Below, one piece after another: positions 27,135-39,591 of a DNA stretch of 64,000 bases (position 1 is the stretch's first letter; each line of letters starts with the position of its first letter). Position numbers and translations under genes: made by a program. The notes under the pieces were generated by a model that had not been told where the DNA came from, did no database searches, and worked only from the letters and a program-made list of their open reading frames with translations. This DNA is from Camelus ferus (Eukaryota). The stretch covers positions 23,500,001 to 23,564,000 of the forward strand of contig NC_045696.1 in the NCBI RefSeq assembly GCF_009834535.1, in the 5' to 3' direction.

Positions 27135-27216
27135 ACAAGCAAACCCTGTGACAGGAAGGCAAGGGTTAAGAACTAAAAAAAGTTTATACAGTGTGTTTAT
27201 GGAAAGCGTGTGCAGT

Positions 27217-27389
27217 TTATCTTCCATCAGCAGGAGTTCGACTGAGGGACAACATGATTCGGGCAAATCGCTCACAGAGTTCATGCGTGGAGTATGAAGG
27301 TAACTTCGGTGGTTCATGGAAACCTTTAATCTCTGTAGAACAATCAAGCAGTTTTGGCAGAAAATCTGTCAGCTTCTCTTGAAGGTTTG
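27217..27389 (-). CDS. USP25: USP25 terminal coding exon including TAA stop
   Basis: ctaactgtttttatttgcag|CA AAC CTT...GGA AGA TAA; (S)[56 protein letters not shown], the characteristic USP25 C-terminus with the tankyrase-binding motif RTPADG (27223-27240). Confidence 0.97.
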
Positions 27390-27694
27390 CTGCAAATAAA
27401 AACAGTTAGATGTAATTAAAGATAGAGAGACAGGGAGAGAAATTATCTTCAACATGATTTATTAACTTGGAGTGGTCAGTTGATGTTTCATTTCAAAACA
27501 GCAAATCATTACCATTTTTAGGGAAGACGTAAAATACAAATGGCAACAGCAGTGTGCACAGCTTAGTTTGTAAATAAGAAAAAAGTAATGGTGTGCGTAT
27601 AAAATTATTACAAAATATTAAAAATGATAACATCTAATTCTAACTGCTTTTAATCCTAACAACTCAGTTGCCCACTAGCATTGTTTAAACTTAC

Positions 27695-27890
27695 ATTCCA
27701 TTTCTTGTCCAAGATAGGAACACCATCGATTTCTCATATCTTCCACGGCAAGTATATCTTTCTCTTCCATTTCATCCACCAATAACAAGGGCAAAAATGG
27801 AACGATAAACTCATTCATGATAATCAGACCATTGTTTACTTCTCGATCCTCTCCAGATTCAAACAGTTCTGCAGCTTGCTCATTTAATTT
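27695..27890 (-). CDS. USP25: USP25 penultimate coding exon, 196 nt, phase 0->1
   Basis: tttttctcattgcattaag|AAA TTA AAT...ATG GAA T|gtaagt; [65 protein letters not shown]. Confidence 0.96.
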
Positions 27891-28506
27891 CTTAATGCAA
27901 TGAGAAAAAGATTAACAGGTTCGTTTCCTTTTTTAATTAAATAAAAATATCTGTAAGTGTTAATACTGAAGACAACATAATGAGCATGCTACTTAGCACA
28001 TAGTGTTAGAACAAATGGGAATCACAAAAAAACCACCTCAACCTATTCTAAGAGAAGTCTTTTAGAAAAAGCTACACATATAACAACAACTAACAGAAAT
28101 AAAAGCAAAACAAAGTGGCAGGAATATGGTTGTCATGTTTTTAAAGTTCATGTTCAGTTTATATTACTTCAATCATCATTACAGGGACCATTCTTCAGTT
28201 ATTCTCTAGGGGTAAATTTCCTGCAATTCTAAAATTTGGTAAGCACTCAAAGTAATTTTAAAAATAAAGAAATTCAGACTTCATATTAATTTTGAAAATC
28301 TCTTCATCATCTTATCCATAAGTATCAGCTGAATAGGGACTGTTACATTTGTTGATACAAAAATATAAAGGTAATCAATTCACTTAAGGAATTCCTTCAA
28401 AAAATTCTTACTGAGTACATGCCATGTGCCAGGGACTGCTCTGAATGCAGGGGCCCCCAGTGATTAATACAGAAAACTCTCGTGGTACTGACAACCCCTT
28501 ACAATA

Positions 28507-28723
28507 CAGTGATCCTGTAAATTTTTATGTAAAAGGCAAGATAGGAAATATTATAAGCTTTAAGGGTTACACAGTTTCTGTGGCAATGACTTAACTCTGA
28601 CATCGTTGCACAAAGGCAACCATACATAACATGTAAATGAATGGGCATGGAAATGTTTCAACAGGACTTTATTTCTTTAAACAAGTGTTAGGCTGGAGCA
28701 TAGGCCAAGTGTCCTGACACCTA
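28507..28723. mobile_element. MER58A-like hAT MITE
   Basis: tgtaaaaggcaagataggaaatatt...aactctg...tgtaaatgaatgggcatgg. Confidence 0.7.
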
Positions 28724-29059
28724 ATCTAGTAGAAGAGAGAAATCCATGAGAAAAGAAATATAGACATAAGAGACAGATAAAAAACACAGGTATAGTAAGA
28801 GGTTTATGTCTGAAATCTTACAGCATGATAAATATGATTTTTAAATAATCATAGTTTTAAGCTGGATTGCTTCAAATACAAAAATTGTATTATTTATTTT
28901 ATATTATGACATTCTTGTGCAATTTATCTTGACTTTGTAGAGAGGCTTATACTGAAAGTCTAATTCAGCCACTAAACAATTACCTAATCTTCAGCAAGTA
29001 AGTAATCTCTTAGCTTCAGTTTCTTCCTATCATCTCCTCTAGGGTTCTTCATTTCAATA

Positions 29060-29570
29060 TCTACTCCTTTCCAGTCCATCTTCTAGTATAACTGTCAAAA
29101 TTATTTTCTGAAAACAAACTTAATCATGCCAAACTTAATTAAATTTTACAATGGTGCCAACTCAGAATGACATATAAGCGTCTTCACAGTCTGACAAGTA
29201 TTGTTGGCTTCATCACTTCCACCTAACCCTCGCTCCTCATAACTCGGTCACAATGGGTTTATCTTCATTTTCTGCTGTATACTTTCCATGCCTTTACATA
29301 CAATATCCTTTTGTCTGGAATGTTCTTCTCCCTTCTCTACAAAGCATAAAACTCCTATCTGTCCACCAAGATCCAGATCAGTGTTTATCTTATCTCTTAA
29401 GTTTCTCCACAACAATTCCAGGCATATTATTTTGCATATCTCTCATAAAACTTATTCTGAAATATCAAAATAATTTGTGTACATCTCTCACCAGATTGAA
29501 ATCTTTCAGAATAAATAATCGGTCTGACTTATCTGTGTCCCTCAGAATCTGACACTCAGTAAATACTCAA
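29060..29570 (+). mobile_element. L2 3' fragment
   Basis: ttgtctggaatgttcttctcc...tatctgtgtccctcag...cactcagtaaatact. Confidence 0.55.
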
Positions 29571-30955
29571 TATGAAAAAACCTGAAAGGAACACTAAAAT
29601 AATCCTCCTAAGGTCTCATTTAAATCCCCATGTGAAATAACAAATTAAGTATGGCTGGGTTTACTAACATAAAATGATAAGAGAAGCACATTCTACAATT
29701 TTTTTAATGCCTCAGGGTAACCATCAAGTTTCAGTTGTATTTATGTTTAAAATAGCTTTACCAGAATACTTAGTATCTCAACACTACAATGTTTTTACAT
29801 TAAAACTTGCTTCAATTCATTCAATGCAAAATTTTATATAGTTATATAATAAAACTTTATATTTTTTTAAGCTGAACTATATATAATTTAGGTCTTCCTT
29901 CTCAGGAGTTGACTAAAAACCTCTTGAAACTGACCAAATTAAGAATACCATCCTCAATGGATTCAAACCATCAACAATTCAAGTTTAAAATACACTCAAA
30001 TGCAGTAAAATCGCTGAGAGAAAAATAAGATCACAAGCTTCTAATATTTCCATTAAAAATGTTTGAAGACATACTGCAGACTACAATTAACGTATACTAT
30101 GCGGTTCTGTTGAAAGAAAACATTTCACCACTACACCTTCTTAAAATTTTTTTAAAGTACACATAAACCATGTACCCTAAATAGGTTCAAATATCACAAC
30201 GCTCTTGTATACCTCTGTCTATATATACATACACAATATATATACCCAAATGTTAGAAAACAATTGCAATTTAGAAGTTCAGTCTACAGAGTGATGTTAG
30301 TAGTTAAGTGAAATCTAATCAGAAAAAAATATAAAAGTGGAATTTTTGATTTTACACATAAAGGTTAGCTGACTCAAGAAACATTAATAAAGTACTCTAG
30401 GTATCTATAGAGTAAACTGGTACCCAAAAACTGCTAAAAAGATTTTTTACAGTTTATAACAACAGTAATATTTTAGCACATAGGCAGTAAAAATATTTGA
30501 GGAAGAAAACAACCAATGACTAGGTGAAAAAAAGGATACTATATTACAATGAATCCTTTAACATATGAACACCAAATATACTATTTATAAAAACTTAAAA
30601 ATATCTACTATTTTTCTGTAATAATAATGATAATTCATCATGCTGTTCAGCCCCTCCTCTCCTGTCAAGAAAGGGAATGGTAGTACGATGAAGAAATCTA
30701 AATATAAAAATGTAACTATTCTGATACCATTTTAAGAACATTTCTGGTTTACTACCTGTAAAACTTAAGATCCTCAAAGAAGAAGGGATAAAGAATTGAG
30801 TGTATTCTCCCATCTCAAGGGAGCAGACCCATATTACAGACATCACTATAATGCTTACCCCATCAGAATTTATAGTTAATCACTTATATGTGAGTCTGGA
30901 GAAATGTCCAATGTAAGACAAAATGATAAACACATACTATGTACATTCAACTTAC

Positions 30956-31079
30956 TAGTAAACATTCTCTTCTATAATGTGATATCAGTTCTTCATCATG
31001 TCCTCTGTATGGGCCTTTGGACAAGAGTTCTTTGTTATTCTGATATGCACAGATAAGGAACAGCAAGGAATCTATATAA
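30956..31079 (-). CDS. USP25: USP25 coding exon, 124 nt, phase 2->0
   Basis: aatttttgaaaag|T TAT ATA GAT...TTA CTA|gtaagt; [41 protein letters not shown]. Confidence 0.96.
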
Positions 31080-34000
31080 CTTTTCAAAAATTAAAAAGAA
31101 GTATAGAATTAGTATTTCATCTTTAAAAAAAAAAAAACTACAATTATAAAACATTTTAAGTGTACATTTAATTTTGATTATCCAGAACATTACAACAAAA
31201 AAATCATCTGATACACTGTATGCTCAGAGCATCTTTTGACCAATGACTATATCTGAAACCAGTTGACAGTTATGTCTTAAAAGTAAAAAAAAAAAACCAA
31301 ACAAAAAACATCAACCCCACCCCCCAAATAAAGCTAGGAATTAAGAAAAGACTGGGAGAAAAAAGGCCATAATTGACTAATTCAGAAAGTTCCTTCGGTC
31401 TTCTTTAGTATTTATTTTCCCAATGCCTTCCATTTGGACTCAAAATTAAGACTGATGTGAAAGTCAACAAACTACATTTTTAACAACATAATGCCATTTT
31501 TGTTTGAGGGAAAAACCGGGTTACTTTGTTTCTTTATCACAAACATCATTTGATTCATTAGGTGACTATTTTTCACTCAGATTTTTTCCTATGTGCAGGC
31601 ACAGCTCTAGTCACTGAGAAAAATGTAACAGAGCGGAGAATATTCAAAAGAGACAGGGAAAGGAGAAAGGGAAAAAAATGCTTCTAAGTCTGGAGAATCT
31701 AGTGGGATACAAACAAAAGAAAACACTAACATGAAAGCAAAATGCAGGGTTAGGCCTTTGTTTTATATTCAAAGAACATTAATACGTTATATCAACATAA
31801 GTCTAGACCTTATAATGCTCAAACCTGGTTTTAAAAAGGGAGGAGGGGATGTTTGAGTACTGTATTTGCCTCTAAAATAATTATTCTTCTTCTAACATGC
31901 TGTAGGAAAAATATATACAGCTATATATTTGTATAGCTGAAATATGAAAGATATTTTAAGATATCTTTTTTTGTGTCAGTTTTTCCAAAAACAGCATATC
32001 TTCTCATAAATTCAGAAAAATACAACATCCTAAAAAATGAAATATTATACAGAAAACAATATTTTAGAACTCTAGGTTATACTGTCAGTGTTGCTGTTTA
32101 TTATTTAATTTCAGGTGCTCAGATACAAGTTAGTTTTATGGTTCAAATGTTAAATGTAGAATTACATGGAAATTAATGGACACATTTATGACAAATTATA
32201 TACCTGAAAATAAGTTCTTTAAAACAATTTTTGAAAATGGCTTTTCCTAGGAATTTGTTTTTGAAAAAACTTAAGGATATGAATTTTATTTTGAAATAAT
32301 ATGGGCATAATTTCAACTAAAGCTTTCTGTTTGTTTTATTTGTAAAAGAAAAAAAAAGAAGAGAGTGATAATAATATTAAGCATTGTTTCATGCCACCAA
32401 GTTGAGGCAGTTTGCTGGCACGTCCACCTTTTCTTTTATATCTATTAAGTTTCCTGTTAAAAAGGTCTCCCCTGAATGACATTCATATCTGGCTTTCCAG
32501 ACCTGAGTCATCTCTCTGGGAATAGTTCCGAAATCATGACCTTGTTCCAATTTTCTAGTGAGGTACACAAAATGTTCCACATTTTATCAAGCTTTAAAGC
32601 GCTTACAAATATATTTTCAAGTTAAGTCAGAATAAAATCCAGCAGTCCAGTCACCAAATTCTGATTTATCTTCCATTTATACTACTGTAAAATCTTGGTT
32701 CCTAAAAACATGATTGCATTTCACTACTCACAGAAGTAACAATGGCCTGTCAATAAATATTCAATTCATGGCTTTCAAGTGTTATGTTTTCATGAAAAAC
32801 AAGTCTGACAGAATTTTTTGGCAATGTTTTGTACAGTTAGCTATGGTAACTGTCATAGTTAAAGCGGTAAAATTAACATTTCTTTTCATGATATTCCATA
32901 AAGACTGTCACCATTACTAATTTTCAAGTTGTCTAACTTAATAAACATTTGCTATACTAAAAGTATTCACTTCCTAAACAAGAATATATTTGAGAATAAG
33001 CATATTATGAAATTTAAACATAATTCTAAGTTATACTGAAGTCCTTTGGCGAATGTCAGCTAAGAGCAGCTAATGTAGAAGCTCTGCAAAAAGCAAGAAA
33101 GTGATTTTCAACTTTTTAATTCTTACTGATCCTTATCTGATTTCATTAAATTATACAAGAATATAGAAGTCTCTATTTTAATTTTTTCTCTCCCTAGTTA
33201 GTTGTGTGACCTTGACAGATTACTGCATCTCTGCAGAGACCACTTTTCTGTTTTTTTGTTTTTTTTTTCCTATAAAATGGAAATGCTTTTTAGGCACTCT
33301 ATTCAATTGTAAGATCATGTTAGTATTTTCTCAGAAACATTAATCCCCAAAATTCCTTAGCAAATTGGAATATTCCTACTAAAGAAATAAAACTTTGACC
33401 AAAATATTAATTTATAAAATGGAGCTACTGATCAAAATAGTTTTCTACTTCAGTGACCAAAGCAAATTATCTTATAAATTACACAATGACTAGAACTTAA
33501 TTAATTATAACATTAAAATTTAAAAAGCAGACATTCTTTTAAAACCTTCTATAATGTGTATGAAAAGTAATCTAAAATATTTACAGTCACAATATTTAGT
33601 AGACAAACGATAAGTTTTCTACAGCTATTTTTTTTTTTTTTTACAGTACCTGGAAGTTCAGACAAAGACATTAGAAACACTATGTCTGATCTGAAGTCAG
33701 ATTAAACTCAGAAAGATTAGCAAAAAGGCTAGTGACTGAAGGCAGATGTTGGAGAATACAGAGAATTCTATTTGCTAGGTTAGCAGCTTCTCTGGTCCCT
33801 GGCAAACTTCTAGGTTTCAATCTAATCCTATTCCATCCTAACCTTCAACTGTAGTGCTTGACAGCTGATAAAGACAATGATACTAATGCCAACCTTACAG
33901 ATTTAATTTAAAGTGGAAAATATATCATATGTGGGGTATATGGAAACTTTTTGTATTAACTCTGCAATTTCCCTGTAAATCTAACACTGTTCTAAAATAA

Positions 34001-34119
34001 AAAAAAGGTTACTGAATATATACCGTGAATAAAATCTTTTCTATAGATGAGGTCACATCTGAATAGAATCAAGTACAAAAATTAAGCTCTTCTTTTCATG
34101 TCTGTCCATTTTGCCTTAC

Positions 34120-34199
34120 CTTTCTCCTTGAAAATTTTCTAGCCCAATTATGAGATACATGGTTGTTTCCCTGAATTTCCTATAATCCTGATGCCACTC
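34120..34199 (-). CDS. USP25: USP25 coding exon, 80 nt, phase 0->2
   Basis: ttttctttcacctacag|GAG TGG CAT...GGA GAA AG|gtaagg; [26 protein letters not shown](S). Confidence 0.96.
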
Positions 34200-34541
34200 C
34201 TGTAGGTGAAAGAAAACATTAAAGGAATATAGAGTAAGATATTAAAACTACAATGACAATGGCTCATAAAGTTAATACCCTGTTCTAATAACGATTTGAA
34301 TGAACAGAATCAAAGAGTTTAAAATTACACTAGACCTAAATCAAGATTTCAATTTCTGACATACAAAACTGTTTACCAGTATAACAATAAATGAAAAATT
34401 ATTAGACATTGATGAGGAATTAAACAATGAAGACCTCACTAGAAGATAAGAGAAATACAAAGGCAAGATAATCAATCAGGTAGGTCATCTCTCAAAAATT
34501 CTTCAGTGTGAAAGCTTACTATTAAAATATTATTACAGATC

Positions 34542-34891
34542 ACTGGGGTGCATCCATCTTTTAGAATTAGTGTTTTTTTTTTTTTTTCAGATGTATACCC
34601 AGGAGTGGAACTGCTGGATTATATCGTAGTTGTATTTTTAATTTTTTGAGGAAACTTCATACTATTATCAGCAGGGAGAGGCAATGGGGGAGGGACAAGA
34701 TAGGAACATGGAATTAAGAGACAAAAACTACTATGTATAAAAAAGATAAGCAGCAAGTATATACTGTATAGCATAGGAAACTACAGTCATTATCTTGTAA
34801 TGACTTTTAATGGAGTAAATCTGCAAACATACTGAATCACTATGCTGTACATCGAAACTCATACAATGCAAAACAAATACAGTTAAATTTA
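34542..34891. mobile_element. 5'-truncated, 5'-inverted L1 insertion (artiodactyl-type 3'UTR) with degenerate TSD
   Basis: 34542-~34667 is antisense L1 (tggggtgcat...tatacccaggagtggaactgctggat); ~34668-34891 is a sense L1 3'UTR (tactgtatagcataggaaactacagtca...actgaatcactatgctgtaca); flanks aaaatattattacagatc / aaaatactgttatagatc. Confidence 0.75.
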
Positions 34892-35589
34892 AAAATACTG
34901 TTATAGATCTACATCACATAGAATGCAGAAGGGAAATGAAGCTACTACTTTAATATGAAACAAAGCTTGAAAACTGTTATTTGAAGCAGGATTTTAAGGA
35001 ACTGAAAGAAAAAGAAAAATGTTATATAATAATGAATTTATTTAATCGTTTGATTTTGCCAAATTTCTGTTAAATTTTAAATGTGGTAGCTGAATATTCT
35101 TTTCATCTGAAATGTAGTGAAAGACAGATGCATTTCACATTTCATAGCCCCTTCCTCCAAAAAACCCAAATTAGTGGGCAAGTAATAGGACTAAATAATT
35201 CAGAACAGACATCCTGTAACTCTAGAAAACAATAAAAATCAGGATTTTTTTTAACTTACTGAATAAAAATTGATTCAAGGAAAATCATAAGTAAAATTCA
35301 ATACAGGACTAACTTAAAAGACATTGATAATAAAAGTGTGACAGCTTTTATATATATATTATAAGCAAATGAAAGTAAGAAACATATAGACCAGTTATTA
35401 GCCAACTATATTCTACACTTTCCTTGCACTTAAATCATTTTAGTTTTTAATTTTAAAAGGCATAATTTTCATACTATTAGTAGAGCTTATTAACAAAGGC
35501 AAAATTTGTCTTACAAGTCTAAAGTTAGCTTTTCTGGGGAAAGTATTCAAATTACCACCTTGTTATCATTAGAATCACCTTAGAAATTG

Positions 35590-35804
35590 TGAATAGGTAA
35601 ACATTTTCTGTAAAGGGCTAGATGGTAAATGTCTTAGGCTTTGCAGGCCATTCAGTTTCTACTGCAGTTACTCGACTCTGCAATTGTAAAACCTTTATAC
35701 GCAATACATAAACAAATGGCTTATGTTCCAATAAAACTTTATTTATAAAAGCAGGTGGTGGTGAGCTGGATTTGGTCTGAGGGCCAAGGTTTGCTGACAT
35801 GTGA
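35590..35804. mobile_element. MER58A-like hAT MITE
   Basis: ttttctgtaaagggctagatggtaaat...ggctttgcaggcca...tgttccaataaaactttatttat...gtttgctgac. Confidence 0.8.
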
Positions 35805-36279
35805 CTTAGAGCAAGACAAATATATATGGGATATATAGGATATATATGGGATATACAGAATCAAAAAACATGTCATGTAAATACCTATAATATTTAATGG
35901 CTCTGCAGTTAGAAAAGATGTGAGAAGTTTCAGAATAAAAATACGCTGAATCCAATCTGATGAAGCAAACTTGTGAAGGGACTGCAGAATCAAATCACAA
36001 TTAAAAATCAAGTCACATGTAACTTGGATCTTGGGGACAAGGGTAGAGTTAGCAACCAATTTGCTTGCTGTCTCTAGTGTGTATTGTGTATCCAATTACT
36101 TCTGGCTATGTTCTTAGATTTTTTTATGCTGTTTTATTGTTCAAATTTACCTATGCTATGCTAGTATTATTAAAAAGCATAAAGGTTAAGATACTATGTT
36201 TTGATTTTAAGCAGAAAAAGCCTTTCTACCTTGTTCGTCAAGAATGTCAGGCCTAGAGTGAGATCCTCTGCACTTCCCA

Positions 36280-37000
36280 AAAAATTCCTGAATCAGCTTA
36301 CTAACTCTCATAAAACAACTTGCTAGAAGTTTGATAGAAACTGCACTGAATTAATAAACCATTTTGGGGAAAACTGACATCTTTACAATACCAAGTTTTC
36401 CAAACATGATACATATATCTATTTGCTTAGGTCTTCTTTAATGTCTCCTAAAGTCAAGCACATTTTACGCTAAGTTTACATCTAGGTTTTCCATAGTTTT
36501 GAATACTACTGAAAACAGTATCATTCTTAAAAAATCCTATTTGATTATTTGTTACTGATATAAAGGAATAAAACTGATATTTGACATAGATTTGCATGTT
36601 ACAAAGCTCTCTTATTAGTTCCAATACATTTATCTGTAAATCTTGTTTGTATTTTCTAGATATAAAACCTGCAAATAATAACTCTGTTTCTTCTTTTCCA
36701 GTCTTACTTTCTGCTTTATTTTCATTGCCTAACTGTCCCGTTTGAACTTACAGTACAATTCTGAATAGACACAGTGATGGCAGGCATCCCTGTCTTTTTC
36801 CTGATCACAAAAGGAAAGCTTTCAATGTTCACATTTCTACATGATATTTAGTTTTATTTAGGTAGTTTTGTTATTTTTGTTTTTCAAGACACTCTTTAGC
36901 AGATTAAAGTAGTTACCAGGTTAGCTTAGAGTTATGACCAAAAATGAATGTTTTCTGTATCCTTTCTTTTATCTGATAATGTGGCGAATTACACTAATTG
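36280..37000 (-). mobile_element. Old L1 ORF2 fragment
   Basis: aactgacatctttacaata...taggtcttctttaat...agtgatggcaggcatccctgtctt...gaaagctttcaatgtt. Confidence 0.7.
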
Positions 37001-37563
37001 TTTAAGGGAATCTGAAGCATTAAGTTTGTAAATGGGACCAAACATTAATCAAAGGCACTCATGAAAACAAGTTAAAATTTACCAGATTTATAAAATAAAA
37101 TAAAGACAATGGATAATACTAAATTTAAAACTTTGAAAAAGTACCAGGTGTCTAAACTGTTAACTTTAAAAAAATACTAATTTTTAAGCCAAAGTTAACA
37201 CAAAGAGAATTCTGTGCACAAAAAATTACAAGCATAATATGAGTACTCATGTGTGTGTGCTCTCTCACATACAACACTGTCCAATAATGACAAATATAAT
37301 ATATGGCATACAATAGTTAAAATGAATTTCTAACTTCCCCCAAAATACCTGATGAAGCACACAAAGAAAAAATATAGCAGAGATTTAGCATAGTAGAGCA
37401 TTTAAGAATGTAGATTCTATTAACCAAGATAAAACCTGCTAGCTATGAACCCTTACATTTCCCTGTGTTGAATTTTCGCATGTGCTTAGTCGTGCTGAAA
37501 TGAAAGATTAATGAACTATAGAACTTCTCAATCTATAGTTCAGTCTCTCAAAAGGTACATTAC

Positions 37564-37642
37564 CTCATATTCCTCCAAGTTTACTTCTTCTGGTTTTATC
37601 ATTTCAATTTTGGCTTGAGCAACTTTCATTATGTTGTGACAC
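37564..37642 (-). CDS. USP25: USP25 coding exon, 79 nt, phase 2->0
   Basis: tttcttttattaaag|G TGT CAC AAC...TAT GAG|gtaatg; [26 protein letters not shown]. Confidence 0.96.
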
Positions 37643-38861
37643 CTTTAATAAAAGAAACGTATTTCTAAATCAAGAGTAAAAGCCATAAAAACTGAAAAAT
37701 GTGTATTATACAAAACTAAACTATTCAACACTTATAAAAATGAAATCCACTGTCACAGAGCAATATTTTTTTGAGGAAAATAACTCCCAAATAACGTAAA
37801 TGAAAAATGTGTTTTTGGACCACAATGTTGGATAGTTACAAATATATAAAGATAATTCAAATTCTCCATGTTATATTTACATATGGCTTTTGAATTATAT
37901 TCTATTAATAAAGATGGCATACACAAAAAATGAAAAATTTTTATAATATCTATCTATTAAGCAAGTTCAAGAGCCATAAAATCTTTTTTCTCCCAAATAG
38001 TATTATTCATAAATAGTAAAAAGGAACCTAAAATGTGCCTATCATTTCAGGTAAGAATGGGAACATTCTATTAGATTTTATGAACAGAATCATTGCTAAA
38101 GAAATCTCCCCAAAATATCTTTAGTTATCACACATTTTATTCTGTATTTCATGCACAAGAGAAATGAAATCTATCAAAACACACTGACTATTTGCAGTCA
38201 CCAGGCACATAACTTCAAAAGACTGAAAAGTCAATGTGAGTACTCTATATCTTCCTCAAATTCAATAGTATATAGTCATTAGAACATAGTACACTGATAG
38301 CCTAGATGAGGGTCATAATCTGTCATATTTCTGAGCTCTTCATAGCCACATGTAACAAAATAAATGATGCCAATACTATCACTAATAAAAGTAGTATAAC
38401 CAACACTGTGAGCAACTACTGTTTACCAGATAGCATTGAAAACCATTACTTGTGTTATTTTACTTAACCCTAAATTTCACAGTAGACACATGGTAAGGCA
38501 GAAATTATTCCTAGATGGTTTGTTTTTTCTTCATATACTCTTCTACTACCTATATTTTTAATTCAGTATTTTTGAGACACTCATGAAAGGATAATCATTT
38601 ATTTCAGAATTAAAATGTGTTTACAAAGACCAAGATAGCATAAATGTTTCTATATTCTAAAATAACTTTTCAGTACTTTGGATCTTTACCAGAGGCTTAA
38701 AATTTTTTAATGGTATTGATTCTAACAGATTAAATTTTAATCTTTAACATTAATAATTAGCTTTATAGGAGTTTCTAAAAGAAAATATATTTTGGTATTA
38801 ACCATTCTAAGCCCTCTCTATATCAGAGGATATTTATTTCATTTATATATATGATTAATTA

Positions 38862-39085
38862 CTTTTCTCCAATGACCCTCTAACAAAGATGATTTTGCTT
38901 CCTCGAGGGATACCTGGCAGTATCTGGAGACATTCTGAGTTGTCACCATTTGGAAAGTACTACTGGCATTTAGTGAGCAGAGGCCACGAGTATTGTTTAA
39001 TATCCTAAAAATTAAAGGACAGGCCCCCAAAACAAAGAATCATTTGACCCAAAATATCCACGGTGCAGAGTTTAAGAAGTTCTTT
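38862..39085. mobile_element. MER20 hAT MITE
   Basis: gattttgc...tggcagtatctggagacatt...ttgtcac...tactggcatttagtgagcagaggcca...acaaagaatcatttgacccaaaat. Confidence 0.8.
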
Positions 39086-39412
39086 ACTTCCCTAAAGGTC
39101 CCCAAGTTCAGTGACTGTATTACACTCTTCTGAGTATCCTTATATTGCTTAGCTTAGCACCTTGGTTCACAATTAAGATGTACTAAAATTGTCTAAATTA
39201 TTTTTAGTTCAGACTTTTAAAGGTCATGATCATAAACTCCAGATAAGTTACACAACAACTGTTTGACTTAAATAAAGTCAGATTTTGTGCTTTATTTATT
39301 GAAATATGTCTGTGTCTGTGTAAAATAAATATTCAAAAATTGCGCTGGGAACCACAAAAAAGACAAGGACAATGTGAGCATATGAATTATGTATTTAACA
39401 TTTTCAAATTAC

Positions 39413-39591
39413 CTTTCATCAAAACTCAAATTTCTATCTCCAAATTGTTCTAGCAATGTTTTCTCAATGATTTTCTTTGGTGCCTGATTCTGGATAAAGT
39501 AGACTACTACATGATGTAAACGATAGTCTGTTTCTGGTGGGGTATCTTCTTGGGCCAATTTAACCAACCTTGAATATTCCAACTTAATTGC
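39413..39591 (-). CDS. USP25: USP25 coding exon, 179 nt, phase 0->2
   Basis: ttattttctag|GCA ATT AAG...GAT GAA AG|gtaatt; [59 protein letters not shown](R). Confidence 0.96.

Larger units (their letters stand above)
25785..27216 (-). other. USP25: USP25 3'UTR (long form, ~1.4 kb; distal end inferred)
   Basis: Repeat-free AT-rich stretch after the stop codon, ending near an ATTAAA with a downstream GU/U-rich tract. Confidence 0.65.

Noticed and set aside
27117..27382. Track ORFs 27117..27347 (-) and 27191..27382 (+) as overlapping genes
   Set aside because: They are alternate-frame and antisense shadows of the USP25 terminal exon.
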